Source: Pelagibacteraceae bacterium AG-422-N09 (GTDB taxonomy: Bacteria; Pseudomonadota; Alphaproteobacteria; Pelagibacterales; AG-422-B15). From it: a stretch of 64,000 bases of DNA. How positions within the stretch are numbered: the stretch's first letter is position 1; each line of letters opens with the position of its first letter. The notes below the pieces were generated by a model. That model worked only from the letters and a program-made list of their open reading frames with translations. It did not search any database and was not told where the DNA came from. Location: positions 60,272-124,271 of the forward strand of contig QCMV01000001.1 of the NCBI GenBank assembly GCA_003213515.1, read 5' to 3'. Below, piece by piece: positions 52,585 through 64,000 of the stretch. Both the position numbers and the translations under genes were made by a program.

Positions 52585-53607
52585 ATGTTGAATGATAATT
52601 TGCAATATCCATCAGATTTTAATTCTGAAGTAAAAGATGCAACTGCTCATCTTTACAAAGGAGTAGAAAAAATTATACCTGAGGTTGAGTGGCCATTTCA
52701 TGCTCCACTTATTCATGAAATAAATAAACTAAAAAAAGAAAAGAATATTGCAATATTAACTCACAATTACCAGACACCTGAAATCTTCCACTGTGTATCT
52801 GACATTGTTGGCGATTCATTAAAGTTGGCTTATGAGGCAAGAGATTCTGATGCGGATACAATAATTGTATGTGGCGTTCATTTTATGGCTGAAACAGCAA
52901 AAATACTTAGCCCAAAAAAAAATGTTTTAATTCCAGATACTCGTGCAGGATGTTCTTTGTCTGAGTCTATAACTGCAGAGGATATAAGATTATTAAAGCA
53001 AAAATATCCCGGCGTACCAGTTGTAACATATGTAAACACCTCTGCAGATGTAAAGGCAGAAACTGACGTGTGCTGTACATCAGGAAATGCGAAACATGTA
53101 GTAGAATCTCTAGGTGTTGATAAAGTTATATTTCTACCTGATGAATACCTTGCAAAAAATATTGCAGCCCAAACAGATGTGAAAATTATTTCTTGGAAAG
53201 GTCGCTGTGAAGTACATGAAAGATTTACTGCAGACGAAATAATGGCATACAAAAAACAACACAAAGATATTGTTGTATTGGCGCATCCCGAATGTTCACC
53301 TGAAGTAATTGCAGTAAGTGACTTTGCAGGCTCGACGGCTGGTATGAGTAATTATGTAAAAGATAATCAACCTGGAAAGGTAATTATGGTTACGGAATGC
53401 TCAATGAGTGACAATGTTGCCATAGAGAATCCTAATGTCGAATTTATAAGACCTTGCAATCTATGTCCGCACATGAAAAGAATTTCTCTAAAAAAAATTT
53501 ATGACGCAATACGATTTAACCAGTATCAAATACAAGTTGATAAGACAATTATCGATAAAGCTCGTCTTTCCATTGATCGTATGCTTAAAATTGGCAGAAG
53601 CAGCTAA
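52585..53607 (+). CDS. nadA: Quinolinate synthase
   Basis: [33 protein letters not shown]. Confidence 0.95.
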   Translation: MLNDNLQYPSDFNSEVKDATAHLYKGVEKIIPEVEWPFHAPLIHEINKLKKEKNIAILTHNYQTPEIFHCVSDIVGDSLKLAYEARDSDADTIIVCGVHFMAETAKILSPKKNVLIPDTRAGCSLSESITAEDIRLLKQKYPGVPVVTYVNTSADVKAETDVCCTSGNAKHVVESLGVDKVIFLPDEYLAKNIAAQTDVKIISWKGRCEVHERFTADEIMAYKKQHKDIVVLAHPECSPEVIAVSDFAGSTAGMSNYVKDNQPGKVIMVTECSMSDNVAIENPNVEFIRPCNLCPHMKRISLKKIYDAIRFNQYQIQVDKTIIDKARLSIDRMLKIGRSS

Positions 53608-55220
53608 TGTCTGATGCTATCTATAGCCCTGATGTTGTAATAGTGGGTGGCGGTGTAGCCGGTTTAACTGTTGCACTCAACTTAGCACCAAGAAAAGTTT
53701 GCGTAATTACTAAAAGTTCACTTGGGATAAACACTTCAAGCAGTTGGGCTCAGGGAGGTATTGCTGCGGCTGTTTCAAAAGATGACAGTGTTGAAAGTCA
53801 TATAAATGATACTTTGACTACGGCAAAAGGCTTAGCGAATATCAATGCTATTAAAGAAGTTGTGAATAATGCAAAAGGCATCATTGATGATTTAGAGGAA
53901 TACGGAGTTAATTTTGATAAGAATGAAGATGGTACTTTTAATTTAGGTTTAGAAGGTGCTCATAGCTACAATAGAATTATAAGATCAAAAGGTGATAGTT
54001 CTGGTCTTGAAATTATGCGCGGCCTAATTGAAAAAGTAAAAAAAAGTGACCACATTACAGTTTTAGAAAATGTTTCGATTGATAGGATTATGTCAGAAAA
54101 TAATACTATTTATGGAGTAATTGGAAGATTTACCGATAATAATGTTCCTGATAGCAATGTAATTATTCAAAGCTCACATGTAGTTTTAGCGACTGGTGGT
54201 TTGGGAGGTATTTTTGCAAATACGACCAACCCACGAAGTTCCTATGGTGAGGGCGTGGCGTTGGCATCACATGCTGGAGCAACACTTACCGATATGGAGT
54301 TTGTTCAATTTCACCCAACAGGTCTTGACTTTGGCTTAGACCCTACTCCCTTAGCTACTGAGGCAATTAGAGGTGAAGGGGCTTACCTGGTAAATCAAGA
54401 TGAAGAAAGGTTTATGTTTGGTATTCATCCTGATCATGAACTGGCTCCACGAGATCTTATAGCTCAAAATATATTTAAAGAAATCGAAAAAGGAAACTCT
54501 GTATTTTTAGATTGTAGGCATATGGGTAGTAATTTTAATACTCGATTTCCTCAAGTTTCATCCTATTGTGAAAATGCAGACTTAGATCCTGAAAAAGACC
54601 TGCTGCCAATAATTCCTGTCGCTCATTATCATATAGGTGGCGTAAAAACTGATCTGAAAGGACAGACTTCTGTTGAAGGGCTTTGGTGCTGCGGAGAGGT
54701 TGCTGCAACTGGTATTCATGGAGCAAACCGCCTTGCATCAAATTCTCTGTTAGAGTCTCTTGTATTTGCTAAGATTGTTGCAAATGAAATAAATAAAAAG
54801 AATATAAAAAAGGATATTCATATTAGCTCTAAATTTATAAAAATTTTTAAAGAGAAAACTAAAAATAAAATAAGAGCAAAAAAATATATATGGCAATTAA
54901 GGTCTTCAATGATGAGAAATTTAGGAATTGTTAGAAATAAAGACTCTATTATTAGAGGTCTTAATGATGTGCTAAAAATTGAGAGAGAGTCAAAAGGCCT
55001 TTCAGCTAAACTTAATGATATGATTTTGGTTAGCAAATTTATTATCATAGGCGCTTATTTAAGAAGAGAAAGTCGAGGTTGTCATTTAAGATCTGATTAC
55101 CAAGATACTGATAAAGATTTTATAAAGCATTTTGATATTAAATATTCAGAAATAGATGGTTATATTAAAACTATCTTGGATTCTACTATATCAGAAGTTG
55201 ATGAAAAACTTGTTAGCTAA
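53607..55220 (+). CDS. nadB: L-aspartate oxidase
   Basis: AQGGIAA, LEGAHS, QFHPT, TEAIRGEG, HGANRLASNSLLE. Confidence 0.94.
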   Translation: MSDAIYSPDVVIVGGGVAGLTVALNLAPRKVCVITKSSLGINTSSSWAQGGIAAAVSKDDSVESHINDTLTTAKGLANINAIKEVVNNAKGIIDDLEEYGVNFDKNEDGTFNLGLEGAHSYNRIIRSKGDSSGLEIMRGLIEKVKKSDHITVLENVSIDRIMSENNTIYGVIGRFTDNNVPDSNVIIQSSHVVLATGGLGGIFANTTNPRSSYGEGVALASHAGATLTDMEFVQFHPTGLDFGLDPTPLATEAIRGEGAYLVNQDEERFMFGIHPDHELAPRDLIAQNIFKEIEKGNSVFLDCRHMGSNFNTRFPQVSSYCENADLDPEKDLLPIIPVAHYHIGGVKTDLKGQTSVEGLWCCGEVAATGIHGANRLASNSLLESLVFAKIVANEINKKNIKKDIHISSKFIKIFKEKTKNKIRAKKYIWQLRSSMMRNLGIVRNKDSIIRGLNDVLKIERESKGLSAKLNDMILVSKFIIIGAYLRRESRGCHLRSDYQDTDKDFIKHFDIKYSEIDGYIKTILDSTISEVDEKLVS

Positions 55221-56040
55221 AAAAGATATTAAGGAAAAAATCAAAATTGCTTTGAAAGAAGATTTTGGTAGATATGGTGATATAACCTCAAAAGTTTTAA
55301 TTTCCAAAAAGACAAAGATCAAAGCATCTATAGTCGCAAAAGAGAATGCGATTGTCTGTGGAACTGAATTTGCTGTTCAAACCTTTAAAGCACTCAACAG
55401 TAAAATTAAAATAAGAGTTTTAAAGAAAGATGGTAGTAAAGTATTTAAAGGAAATAAAATTATTGACGTAAATGGTGATGCACAAAGTATTTTAATTGCA
55501 GAGAGAACAGCTCTAAACTTTTTAGGGTTCATGTCTGGTATAGCCACAAAAACAAGAAAATTTGTTGATATTGCTGCACCTTATGGAGTTAAAATTTATT
55601 CAACGAGAAAAACAATTGCTGGGATGAGACAGATACAAAAATATGCTCTTACAATTGGTGGTGCGCATGTAAACAGGGCCTCTTTATCAGATTTTTATTT
55701 CATAAAAGATAACCATCTTGGAAATGAGGACGGACTGGTTGAGAATATAAAAAAAATTAAAAAGTCAAAATTAAAAAAGAAAATTACAGTAGAAATTGAC
55801 ACAATTAAACAACTAAAAAAAATTTTAAATCAGAAAATAGATATTGTACTTCTCGATAATATGTCTGAGAAAAAAATTTCTCAGTGCTTAAAAATGGTTA
55901 AAAAAAGATTTCTTTGTGAGGCATCTGGAAACATTAATTTAAAAAATATTAAGTCTTATGCGAAAACAAAAATTGATAGAATTTCAATCGGCCAACTTAC
56001 CCATAGTATTGAAAATGTTGATTTTGGACTTGAAATTTAA
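55201..56040 (+). CDS. nadC: Quinolinate phosphoribosyltransferase
   Basis: GDITS, ERTALN, STRKT, IKDNH, LLDNM, EASG; ATG 55201 preferred. Confidence 0.93.
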   Translation: MKNLLAKKDIKEKIKIALKEDFGRYGDITSKVLISKKTKIKASIVAKENAIVCGTEFAVQTFKALNSKIKIRVLKKDGSKVFKGNKIIDVNGDAQSILIAERTALNFLGFMSGIATKTRKFVDIAAPYGVKIYSTRKTIAGMRQIQKYALTIGGAHVNRASLSDFYFIKDNHLGNEDGLVENIKKIKKSKLKKKITVEIDTIKQLKKILNQKIDIVLLDNMSEKKISQCLKMVKKRFLCEASGNINLKNIKSYAKTKIDRISIGQLTHSIENVDFGLEI

Positions 56041-56502
56041 ATGTACAGCCGTCCAATAGTTAAAAACAGCTTTCAGGTTCCTACAGAATTGATAACTGAA
56101 AATTTTATCTTAAGACCACTAACAATAAAATATGTTGGTAAAGACTATGAGGCAGTGATGAAAAGTGTGGATCATCTATATAAATTAATGGACGATAGTG
56201 AATGGCCAAAAGAAATGACACTTAATGAAAATCTTGCTGATCTTGGATGGCATGAAGTGGAGTTTTCTCTTAGACATTCTTTCGCTTACACAGTTCTATC
56301 GACAAAAGAAGAAAATGATGTAATTGGTTGTTGCTATATTTATCCCTCAGATAACCCTATGTATGAGGTACAAGCATACTATTGGATAAGACAAGATTTG
56401 ATTGATAGTGGCTTAGAGGATGAATTAGGAAAAACATTTAAGAAATGGTTAGAAAAATCTTGGCCGTTTGGCAAAATTGAATTTCCGCGAAGAAATATAT
56501 AG
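56041..56502 (+). CDS. GNAT-like hypothetical protein
   Basis: LRPL...DYEAVM, FAYTVL, IGCCYIYP, WPF pattern of a GNAT-fold family; no substrate evident. Confidence 0.65.
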   Translation: MYSRPIVKNSFQVPTELITENFILRPLTIKYVGKDYEAVMKSVDHLYKLMDDSEWPKEMTLNENLADLGWHEVEFSLRHSFAYTVLSTKEENDVIGCCYIYPSDNPMYEVQAYYWIRQDLIDSGLEDELGKTFKKWLEKSWPFGKIEFPRRNI

Positions 56503-57861
56503 TTAATTAAAAACTTTTTTATATTCGAGTTTTAAATCTTGAGATGAAACTCTTTTTTGTGACATCGTATCTCTATCTCTTATAGTCACTGTATCATTTT
56601 CGATTGTTTCAAAATCAACTGTTATACAAATAGGTGTACCAATCTCATCATGACGTCTGTAACCTTTTCCAATATTACCAGAGTTTTCTAAAATAACCCT
56701 TCCCATACCTAGTGCTTGAAGATCATTCTTAATCTTGCTCGCTTTATTGACTAAATCCTCATTATTTCTTTTAAGAGGAATTACGGCCGCTTTAATTGGA
56801 GATAAATGTGGTTTTAAACTTAATACAATTCTTTTATTACCATTTTCTAAATCCTCCTCCTTGTAAGCTTCATTGAGTAGCGCAAATACACCTCGATCAA
56901 CACCAGCGGAAGGTTCTATAACATAAGGGATATACCATTCTTTACTTTCTAAATTTTGAATACTCAATTTCGTTGTTGATTGGCTATTTTTCATTACATC
57001 TGCAGATATTTTAAACTCATTTTGATTTTTAGTGTGAGAACCAAGATCAAAATCAGTTCTATTTGCTATTCCTTCTAATTCTTCAAGTCCATGTGGAAAT
57101 TCATACATAAGATCTACAGTAGCTTTTGAGTAGTGTGATAGGTCAGCATCTTCAACATCTAGCTTTTTTAATCTTTTTTCAGATATACCCTGATCAATCC
57201 ACCATGAATACCTTTTGTCTACCCAATATTTATGCCACTCATCATCTTTACCTGGTTCAACAAAAAATTCTAATTCCATTTGTTCAAACTCTCTAACTCT
57301 AAATATGAATTTGCCTGGAGTGACTTCATTTCTAAACGCTTTACCTATCTGCGCGATTCCAAAAGGAATAGTCTTACTTGTTGAATCCAATATATTTTTA
57401 AAATTTGTAAAAATTTGCTGTGCAGTTTCTGGTCTTAGGTAGGCATAATTACTGCCATCATCTACAGGACCAACTGTGGTTTTAAACATAAGATTAAATG
57501 GTCGAGGTTCTGTTAGATCGCTAGACCCACATGCTGGACATTTTCCATCCGTGGCCTGGTCAGATCTAAATCTATTTTTGCAATTTCTGCAGTCGACTAA
57601 AGGATCAGAGAAAGTATCTTCATGGCCTGAATACTTTAATACATGCCTACTTGTTAAAATTGACGCATCAAGCCCCTCAACGTCATCTCGATCATAAATC
57701 ATTGATTTCCACCACGAGGATTTAAGGTTATTTTTTAATTCTACTCCGAGTGGACCATAGTCATATATTCCTTGCAAACCACCATAAATTTCACTTGATT
57801 GAAAAATAAATCCTCGTCTTTTACATAATGAAACGAGATCTTCCATGTTTTTAGAAGCCAT
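56503..57861 (-). CDS. glyQS: Glycine--tRNA ligase, homodimeric alpha2 type
   Basis: [70 protein letters not shown]. Confidence 0.94.
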   Translation of the reverse strand: MASKNMEDLVSLCKRRGFIFQSSEIYGGLQGIYDYGPLGVELKNNLKSSWWKSMIYDRDDVEGLDASILTSRHVLKYSGHEDTFSDPLVDCRNCKNRFRSDQATDGKCPACGSSDLTEPRPFNLMFKTTVGPVDDGSNYAYLRPETAQQIFTNFKNILDSTSKTIPFGIAQIGKAFRNEVTPGKFIFRVREFEQMELEFFVEPGKDDEWHKYWVDKRYSWWIDQGISEKRLKKLDVEDADLSHYSKATVDLMYEFPHGLEELEGIANRTDFDLGSHTKNQNEFKISADVMKNSQSTTKLSIQNLESKEWYIPYVIEPSAGVDRGVFALLNEAYKEEDLENGNKRIVLSLKPHLSPIKAAVIPLKRNNEDLVNKASKIKNDLQALGMGRVILENSGNIGKGYRRHDEIGTPICITVDFETIENDTVTIRDRDTMSQKRVSSQDLKLEYKKVFN

Positions 57862-58657
57862 ATCGACTCCAGAAAGAATTTTCTCTTAGAGCTTCTAAGA
57901 GCCGGTCAATAATATCGTTATTTGAAATTTGATTATTTAAAATATTTTTAATAAATGATTTTTTTTCTTCTATGTTCCTAATCCTTAATTTTTTTCCATA
58001 ATGTTTTTCAATGTATGAGTTTAGTTCTTCATTAGAATCTACTAAACCAAGTTTTTTTGCCTGTTCACCTGTCCAAAACTCCCCATTAAAAACTTTTTTT
58101 GGGTCTATTTTCTTTTTTCTATTTTTTGAGACTAAGTCTTTGAAATTTTCAAATATGCTGTCCTGAACTTTGATCAACTTGTCTATATCTTTTTTAGAAA
58201 CTTCTTCAAATGGATCTAGAAACGACTTCCTATCTCCTTTTGTAAAAACTCTCCTTTTAATACCTAGTTTATCTATTAATTTTTTGAATCCAAAAGAGGC
58301 ACTTATCACACCTATTGATCCGACTATAGAACTTTTATTAGCGATTAAAGTATCTCCTGCACACATCAGCATATAGCCCCCTGAGGCAGCAACATCCTCC
58401 GCGATTGTAATCACTTTCACATTGTTTTTCTTTGATAAGTTTCTTATACGATTGTGTATTAGTTCAGATTGGACCGGTGACCCGCCTGGTGAGTTGATCT
58501 TAATGACTACTACAGATGGCTTTTTAAAGGTAAATGCTTTATCTAAAATAGCGGTACAATTCTCGAGTGTAAGTCCCTTTTGAAATCTACCAAGATCTCC
58601 GATAACGCCTCGCAAGCCAACTATATTTATTCTTGTTTTAGAGGATATTAAGCTCAT
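57851..58657 (-). CDS. S49 family peptidase
   Basis: [28 protein letters not shown]. Confidence 0.9.
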   Translation of the reverse strand: MSLISSKTRINIVGLRGVIGDLGRFQKGLTLENCTAILDKAFTFKKPSVVVIKINSPGGSPVQSELIHNRIRNLSKKNNVKVITIAEDVAASGGYMLMCAGDTLIANKSSIVGSIGVISASFGFKKLIDKLGIKRRVFTKGDRKSFLDPFEEVSKKDIDKLIKVQDSIFENFKDLVSKNRKKKIDPKKVFNGEFWTGEQAKKLGLVDSNEELNSYIEKHYGKKLRIRNIEEKKSFIKNILNNQISNNDIIDRLLEALRENSFWSRYGF

Positions 58658-58749
58658 TTTTTTAATTTTTGTCTGAAATCAATAACTTTTAATTATATGA
58701 GACTATATTATAAGTACATCTAAATATAAAACAAAAACATAATTAATAA

Positions 58750-59730
58750 GTGAATACCCCAGTAAAATCATTATCGAATTTACTTAAAAGCTCTCTGAAG
58801 AGAGTCGAAATAGAAATCAGTAAGAACATCAAGGATGAAGAAAAATTAATTACATTAACAGCAGGCCATCTCATTAAAGCTAAAGGAAAAAAAATAAGGC
58901 CTATTCTTACTTTACTTGTATCAAAAATGCTAAATTACAAAGGTAATGCGGATGTAACACTTGCTGTCTGCATCGAGTTTATTCATAACGCTACATTGTT
59001 ACATGATGATGTAATAGATACAGGAAAAATTAGAAGAGGAAAATTAAGCGCAAATCAAATATGGGGGAATAAAGTAAGTGTTTTAGTTGGAGATTACCTT
59101 TTGAGTAGAGCTTTTAAGCTAATGGTAAAAAATAAGTCTCTAAAACTGCTAGAAATATTGTCTCAAACATCACTCGTTTTAGCGAGAGGACAAATACAAG
59201 ACGTTGGGAATAATCAAAATGTCAACTTAACAGAAAAGAAGTACTTATCTATTATAGATGCTAAAACTGCTGAGCTTTTTAGAATATCTTGTTTCTTACC
59301 AACTATCATTACTAACCAAAATAAAAAAACTCAAAAAATATTTAATGATTTTGGTTTTAATTTTGGTATGGCCTTTCAATTATCTGATGACGTATTAGAT
59401 TACTTTGGTGACTCGAGCCAAATGGGAAAAAGTGTTGGGAAAGATTTTTTTGAGGGGAAAGTAACGTATCCAGTCATTCATTGTTTCAAAAAATCTGATA
59501 GAAAGTCAAAAAAAATTATAGCTAAGCTATTTTTTAAGCGAAAAAGAAGTAAAAAAGATCTGGCAATAATTCTGGACCTAATGAAGAAAACAAATACTTA
59601 TAAGAGTTCAATCGAATTTGTTAGAAAATACGCAGAAAAAGCTAAAACTAATATTAATAAATTTGAAGGAAATAAATATAAAGTGTATCTTGGTGAACTG
59701 GTGGATCATTTAATAATTAGAGACAAATAA
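58750..59730 (+). CDS. ispB: Long-chain polyprenyl diphosphate synthase
   Basis: [27 protein letters not shown]. Confidence 0.9.
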   Translation: MNTPVKSLSNLLKSSLKRVEIEISKNIKDEEKLITLTAGHLIKAKGKKIRPILTLLVSKMLNYKGNADVTLAVCIEFIHNATLLHDDVIDTGKIRRGKLSANQIWGNKVSVLVGDYLLSRAFKLMVKNKSLKLLEILSQTSLVLARGQIQDVGNNQNVNLTEKKYLSIIDAKTAELFRISCFLPTIITNQNKKTQKIFNDFGFNFGMAFQLSDDVLDYFGDSSQMGKSVGKDFFEGKVTYPVIHCFKKSDRKSKKIIAKLFFKRKRSKKDLAIILDLMKKTNTYKSSIEFVRKYAEKAKTNINKFEGNKYKVYLGELVDHLIIRDK

Positions 59731-59732
59731 AT

Positions 59733-60818
59733 ATGTCATTTAACACATTTGGAAAAAATTTTCGATTTACAACATGGGGGGAATCTCATGGGAAAGCTAT
59801 TGGATGTGTAATTGATGGGTGTCCTCCTCTGATACCACTTAAGGAAAAAGATATTCAGAAATATTTGGATATGAGAAAGCCAGGAAAAAATCGATTTGTT
59901 ACACAAAGAAAAGAAGATGATAAGGTTTCAATTTTATCTGGTGTCTTTGAGGGAAAAACTACTGGAACTCCGATAATGTTATTAATTTGGAACAAAGATC
60001 AGAAATCACAAGACTACAGCGATATAAAAAATAAATTTAGACCTGGCCATGCTGATTTAACATATTTTCTGAAATATGGAGTAAGAGATTATAGAGGTGG
60101 AGGTCGTTCTTCCGCAAGAGAAACTGCTTGTAGAGTAGCTGCTGGCGCTGTTGCAAGGATGGTGATTGGCCATATTTTAAAAAAAGATATTTTAATTCAA
60201 GGTGCAGTTACTCAAGTTGGTAAGCTTGCCGTCAATCAAATAAATTTTAATTGGAATGATGTAAAGAAAAATTCATTTTTCTGTCCTGATAAAAAAATAG
60301 TTAGAGTTTGGGAAGAGTACCTAGATGAAACTAGAAAAAAAGGGTCATCATTGGGAGCAAAATTATTAATAAATGCTAGAAATGTTCCTGCCGGTCTTGG
60401 AGAACCTGTATATGGTAAATTAGATGCTGACCTTGCAGGTGCAATGATGAGCATTAACGCTGTTAAAGGTGTTGAAATAGGAGCTGGTAATGAGGCTGTT
60501 GAATTATCAGGAGATGAGAACTCTGATGAAATAAGAGCAAATAAAAATAAAAAAATTATCTTTTCTTCTAATAATTCTGGTGGAATCTTAGGCGGTATAT
60601 CAAGTGGTCAAGATTTAAATTTATCAATAACGATCAAACCAACGTCATCGATTTTAAAGGCAAAAAAAACAATTAATAATAAATTTCAAAATACATCGAT
60701 TTCAACAAAAGGTCGTCATGATCCATGTGTAGGTTTGAGAGCTGTCCCAATTGCTGAGGCTATGATGGCGTGTGTTTTAGCAGATCATATATTGCGCAAT
60801 AGAGCTCAATGTGGCTAA
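59733..60818 (+). CDS. aroC: Chorismate synthase
   Basis: [27 protein letters not shown]. Confidence 0.96.
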   Translation: MSFNTFGKNFRFTTWGESHGKAIGCVIDGCPPLIPLKEKDIQKYLDMRKPGKNRFVTQRKEDDKVSILSGVFEGKTTGTPIMLLIWNKDQKSQDYSDIKNKFRPGHADLTYFLKYGVRDYRGGGRSSARETACRVAAGAVARMVIGHILKKDILIQGAVTQVGKLAVNQINFNWNDVKKNSFFCPDKKIVRVWEEYLDETRKKGSSLGAKLLINARNVPAGLGEPVYGKLDADLAGAMMSINAVKGVEIGAGNEAVELSGDENSDEIRANKNKKIIFSSNNSGGILGGISSGQDLNLSITIKPTSSILKAKKTINNKFQNTSISTKGRHDPCVGLRAVPIAEAMMACVLADHILRNRAQCG

Positions 60819-61633
60819 ACTTTTAGATCAACTAAAAAATCAATAAGCAAAAAAGTCTTTTTTTTCTTAAATTTAATTTTCTTCAAATTCTTTATAGTCT
60901 TTTCAGCTAGTTTTTTTTTATAATCTAGTAAAATCTCAGTATTTGCCTTTGACATTCTTGGAAAATCTGCGAAATCATCATTGATTTGAAAAATTTCTCC
61001 GATGTACTCTCCAATTGTTTTCATACTAACTTCGAAACTCTTATTTTTATTTGCACAAATTGCAACTGCTTGACAGCAATAAGACATTAATCTTGCAGTT
61101 TTTAATTTGTTTAATTCTAATCTCCCGCTTACAGTAGGTGACTTTAAACTCAAATCATAGTATTGCCCTAAAAGAAGCCCTTTTTCACCTGAAACTTTGC
61201 TCAGCACTTCAATCAGCTTTGTTTTTTTCTTATCTGATATTTTAAAAGAACTACTAGATAAAATTTGATATGATTTAGTCAATAAAGCACATCCCGCGAG
61301 AATTGCAGTATATTCATTGAATTTATAGTGTGTTGTTTTTTTTCCTCTTCTAAATTGATCGTTATCCATAGAAGGTAAATCATCATGCACAAGAGAGTAA
61401 TTATGCAACATTTCAATTGCTGAGGCTAAATTCAAAATAACACCATTCGATAAATTTAATTCTTTGCCAAAAATATATACTAGATATGGTCTGAATCTTT
61501 TACCTCCTGTATTAATTGAATATAGGATAGCTTGATTTAATAGATTTTTATCTTTACTTAATTTTTTTTTTAAAAATTTATTGAATTTAATTGTAAATTT
61601 TTTCAAATCGTTATTTATGATTTGATGTTTCAT
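60815..61633 (-). CDS. ispA: Geranyl/farnesyl diphosphate synthase
   Basis: [29 protein letters not shown]; follows xseB. Confidence 0.9.
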   Translation of the reverse strand: MKHQIINNDLKKFTIKFNKFLKKKLSKDKNLLNQAILYSINTGGKRFRPYLVYIFGKELNLSNGVILNLASAIEMLHNYSLVHDDLPSMDNDQFRRGKKTTHYKFNEYTAILAGCALLTKSYQILSSSSFKISDKKKTKLIEVLSKVSGEKGLLLGQYYDLSLKSPTVSGRLELNKLKTARLMSYCCQAVAICANKNKSFEVSMKTIGEYIGEIFQINDDFADFPRMSKANTEILLDYKKKLAEKTIKNLKKIKFKKKKTFLLIDFLVDLKV

Positions 61634-61866
61634 TTGTTTTTTTTAGATATTTTACCATCTGGCAGCACTTTGATTTCCTCAAGTTTTAAAACTGCGTCGT
61701 CTAATTTTTGTTGGCAATGGGTCCTTAATTGTGATCCTCGTGTATAATACTCAATAGACTTTTCTAAATCAATGTTTCCACTTTCTAAATTTTCAACAAT
61801 CTCGGATAATTCTTCCATAGCTTTTTCAAAAGAAAGTTTTTTTATGTCATCAGGTATTTTAGTCAT
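61630..61866 (-). CDS. xseB: Exodeoxyribonuclease VII small subunit
   Basis: SFEKAMEEL..IV..LESG.IDLE.SI..Y.RG. Confidence 0.93.
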   Translation of the reverse strand: MTKIPDDIKKLSFEKAMEELSEIVENLESGNIDLEKSIEYYTRGSQLRTHCQQKLDDAVLKLEEIKVLPDGKISKKNK

Positions 61867-62794
61867 TACTTTGTAACTCTCTTATATGGGTAATCATTGA
61901 ATTTTCTAAAGCTTGTATATCATATCCACCTTCAAGCATAGAAATAATTCGGTTATCACAATATTTATCTGCAATACTCATCAACTTTTGTGTTATCAAT
62001 TTAAAATCATTTTCTAAAAGTTCTAGCGATGCCAATGGGTCTTTTTCGTGAGCATCAAAACCAGCTGATAAAATTAAAAAATCTGGTTTTTGATCATGTA
62101 ATTTTTTTATAATCATCTCATCAAACGCCAATTGATATTGAGATGAATTTGTTCCCGCTTGAAGAGGTACATTAACAATATTGCCTACTCCCTTTTCATT
62201 TGTATCGCCTGTTCCAGGATACAATGGATATTGATGAGTTGAATAGTAATGTACCCTAGAATTTTCGTAGAATATATCTTGCGTTCCATTTCCATGATGA
62301 ACATCAAAGTCAATAATGGCAATATTTTCTAGACCATACCTATTAATCAAGTACTTTGCAGATATAGCTACATTATTAAATACACAAAAACCCATTGAAC
62401 GGTCATAACATGCATGATGGCCTGGCGGCCTTACAATACAGAACGCATTCATACATTTTTTGTTTATAACGTTATCTGCCGCGTCTATACCGGCGCCTGC
62501 AGCTTTTAATGTTGCCTCAAAAGAACCTCGAGATACGGGTGTTTCTTGATCCAGAAAAACTATCTGTTCATCTTTTGGAAAACGATCAAGAGTTTCATCT
62601 ACAAAACTTTTATCATGCGCTTCATAAATATGAGAGTAATCTACCTTATTCGGTTTAATTATTGATATATTTTTAAATTCTTCATTATTTATTAAATCGA
62701 TGATATTTTTTACCCGATCAGTTCTCTCTGGATAATCGAGTGAAGATACATGATCTTTAAAACTATCATCGAAATATATTTGTGTTTGAGTCAT
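61859..62794 (-). CDS. Histone deacetylase-family protein
   Basis: RPPGHHA, GFCVFNN, DFDVHHGNGTQ, SAGFDAH, LEGGY. Confidence 0.93.
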   Translation of the reverse strand: MTQTQIYFDDSFKDHVSSLDYPERTDRVKNIIDLINNEEFKNISIIKPNKVDYSHIYEAHDKSFVDETLDRFPKDEQIVFLDQETPVSRGSFEATLKAAGAGIDAADNVINKKCMNAFCIVRPPGHHACYDRSMGFCVFNNVAISAKYLINRYGLENIAIIDFDVHHGNGTQDIFYENSRVHYYSTHQYPLYPGTGDTNEKGVGNIVNVPLQAGTNSSQYQLAFDEMIIKKLHDQKPDFLILSAGFDAHEKDPLASLELLENDFKLITQKLMSIADKYCDNRIISMLEGGYDIQALENSMITHIRELQSND

Positions 62795-62797
62795 TTA

Positions 62798-63436
62798 ATG
62801 AAATCTAAAATAATAAATCTAAATTCAAATAATATTAAAATTATAACTAGAAGTCTACTCATAGGAAAAACTATAGTAATCCCAACAGATACCGTTTATG
62901 GTATTGCAGCCGATGCAAAGAGTTTTCAAGGCGTTGAAAATATATTTAAGATTAAAAAAAGACCCAAAAGATTTCCTCTTATTCTGTTTACTCATTCAAT
63001 TGCTGAAGCTAAAAAGCTAGCAATATTTTCACCCTTCGAAGAATATTTGGCATCAAAATACTGGCCTGGACCACTTACTTTGATATTAAAAAAGAAAGGA
63101 AAAAAGTTTTACAATGGGGATAAAAGATTGTCTAAGGTAGGTATTCGCATTCCAAAAAATAAAGACGTTATAAAAATTCTCGAGCACATTCAAAAGCCAC
63201 TTGCAACTACAAGTGCTAATATTCATGGAGAAATAAATATAAAATCATTAAATCAATTAGGAATAATAAAATCAAAAGATGTCGCTTATGCAATCGAAAA
63301 AAAAGGCAAAATGAGCTTAAAAGAGTCAACTTTAGTTGAAACTAAAAATAATCAAATAAACATTATACGCGAAGGTTCTTTGTCTAAAAAATTAATTAAT
63401 GAAGAATTAAAAAATTTTTACAATAAACATTATTAA
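62798..63436 (+). CDS. tsaC: L-threonylcarbamoyladenylate synthase
   Basis: PTDTVYG, KKRP, WPGPLT, TTSAN; ATG 62798 avoids overlap with the divergent gene. Confidence 0.9.
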   Translation: MKSKIINLNSNNIKIITRSLLIGKTIVIPTDTVYGIAADAKSFQGVENIFKIKKRPKRFPLILFTHSIAEAKKLAIFSPFEEYLASKYWPGPLTLILKKKGKKFYNGDKRLSKVGIRIPKNKDVIKILEHIQKPLATTSANIHGEINIKSLNQLGIIKSKDVAYAIEKKGKMSLKESTLVETKNNQINIIREGSLSKKLINEELKNFYNKHY

Positions 63437-63999
63437 GCATCTACGAATGCATTAAAAGAAAAACACCGTCTCTCACCATCTCCCCTAAAAGGATGGACAT
63501 CATGCATTAAAAAAGAAGGGAAAATATATAAATCTCCTACCTTGGGCTTAAATGTTTCGCGGTGCTTAACAAGCGGAGGGCTATTCCTGGGCATCGAAAC
63601 ACGGCCATCAAAAAATGATATTAAACCTGCTAAATCTTTTTCTTTATTTAATCTTATAGACGAGGGAATTTTTAAATAACCTACACCACTGATGTTTCCT
63701 CTGTGTAAATGAGGTGGATTAAAATCTCCAGCATACTGACTTACTATCCAAGCTCTTTCAATTTTAATTTTCTTAACTTTTATATTTAAAGTTTGCTTAT
63801 AATAATCTTTTATTGAATTAATTATCTGTTTTTCTATTCCAGGTTTTAGAATTTTATTTGGTATTTTAAACTGCTGTTTCATACTTCCTATAAGCCTATG
63901 ATCATAATCATACTTTTTTGATAAGGAATTATTTTTTGATACTTGATCTGAAAACTTGTTTAAGTTTGTAACTGTTCTCGATGAGAGCTTTGTTTTGCC
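63433..63999 (-). CDS. Putative 2OG-Fe(II) oxygenase, 5' end outside window
   Basis: FNPPHLH, FPSFLMHDVHPF, RRCFSFN; frame stays open upstream of ATG 63882 to the window edge (GKTKLSSRTV...). Confidence 0.75.
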   Translation of the reverse strand, partial: GKTKLSSRTVTNLNKFSDQVSKNNSLSKKYDYDHRLIGSMKQQFKIPNKILKPGIEKQIINSIKDYYKQTLNIKVKKIKIERAWIVSQYAGDFNPPHLHRGNISGVGYLKIPSSIRLNKEKDLAGLISFFDGRVSMPRNSPPLVKHRETFKPKVGDLYIFPSFLMHDVHPFRGDGERRCFSFNAFVDA

Positions 64000-64000
64000 T

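Overview
An AT-rich, tightly packed bacterial window with gene order typical of a streamlined marine alphaproteobacterium (SAR11/HIMB59-like; exact taxon cannot be fixed from sequence alone). From about 10.5 kb onward it is mostly core genome: cca, ispE, ETF-QO, rnhB-ccrM-mutY, smc, F0 ATP synthase, thrB/thrC, the aa3 cytochrome c oxidase operon, tldD, mnmA, pyrC, nadABC, ispB/ispA, aroC, xseB, tsaC and three tRNAs (Gln-UUG, Met-CAU, Leu-GAG). The first 10.4 kb is an accessory block and the main point of interest. It holds a translationally coupled minus-strand operon of at least five genes: an exported vWA-like protein, a 4-TM protein, a divergent tubulin/FtsZ-like GTPase, a 1151-aa actin/Hsp70-fold ATPase, and a membrane-anchored coiled-coil protein that runs off the window edge and is missing from the ORF track. 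An exported trypsin-like protease and a DUF2569-like gene are transcribed divergently from it. Other oddities: an 863-aa Smc with no recognisable hinge, an alpha2-type glycyl-tRNA synthetase where Alphaproteobacteria usually carry glyQ/glyS, an unannotated 34-aa CoxF-like gene, a candidate RegA box upstream of coxB, clustered GANTC sites before ccrM, and a set of very Lys-rich enzymes. No CRISPR array, rRNA, integrase or transposase was seen. All calls come from motif recognition by eye, not database searches.
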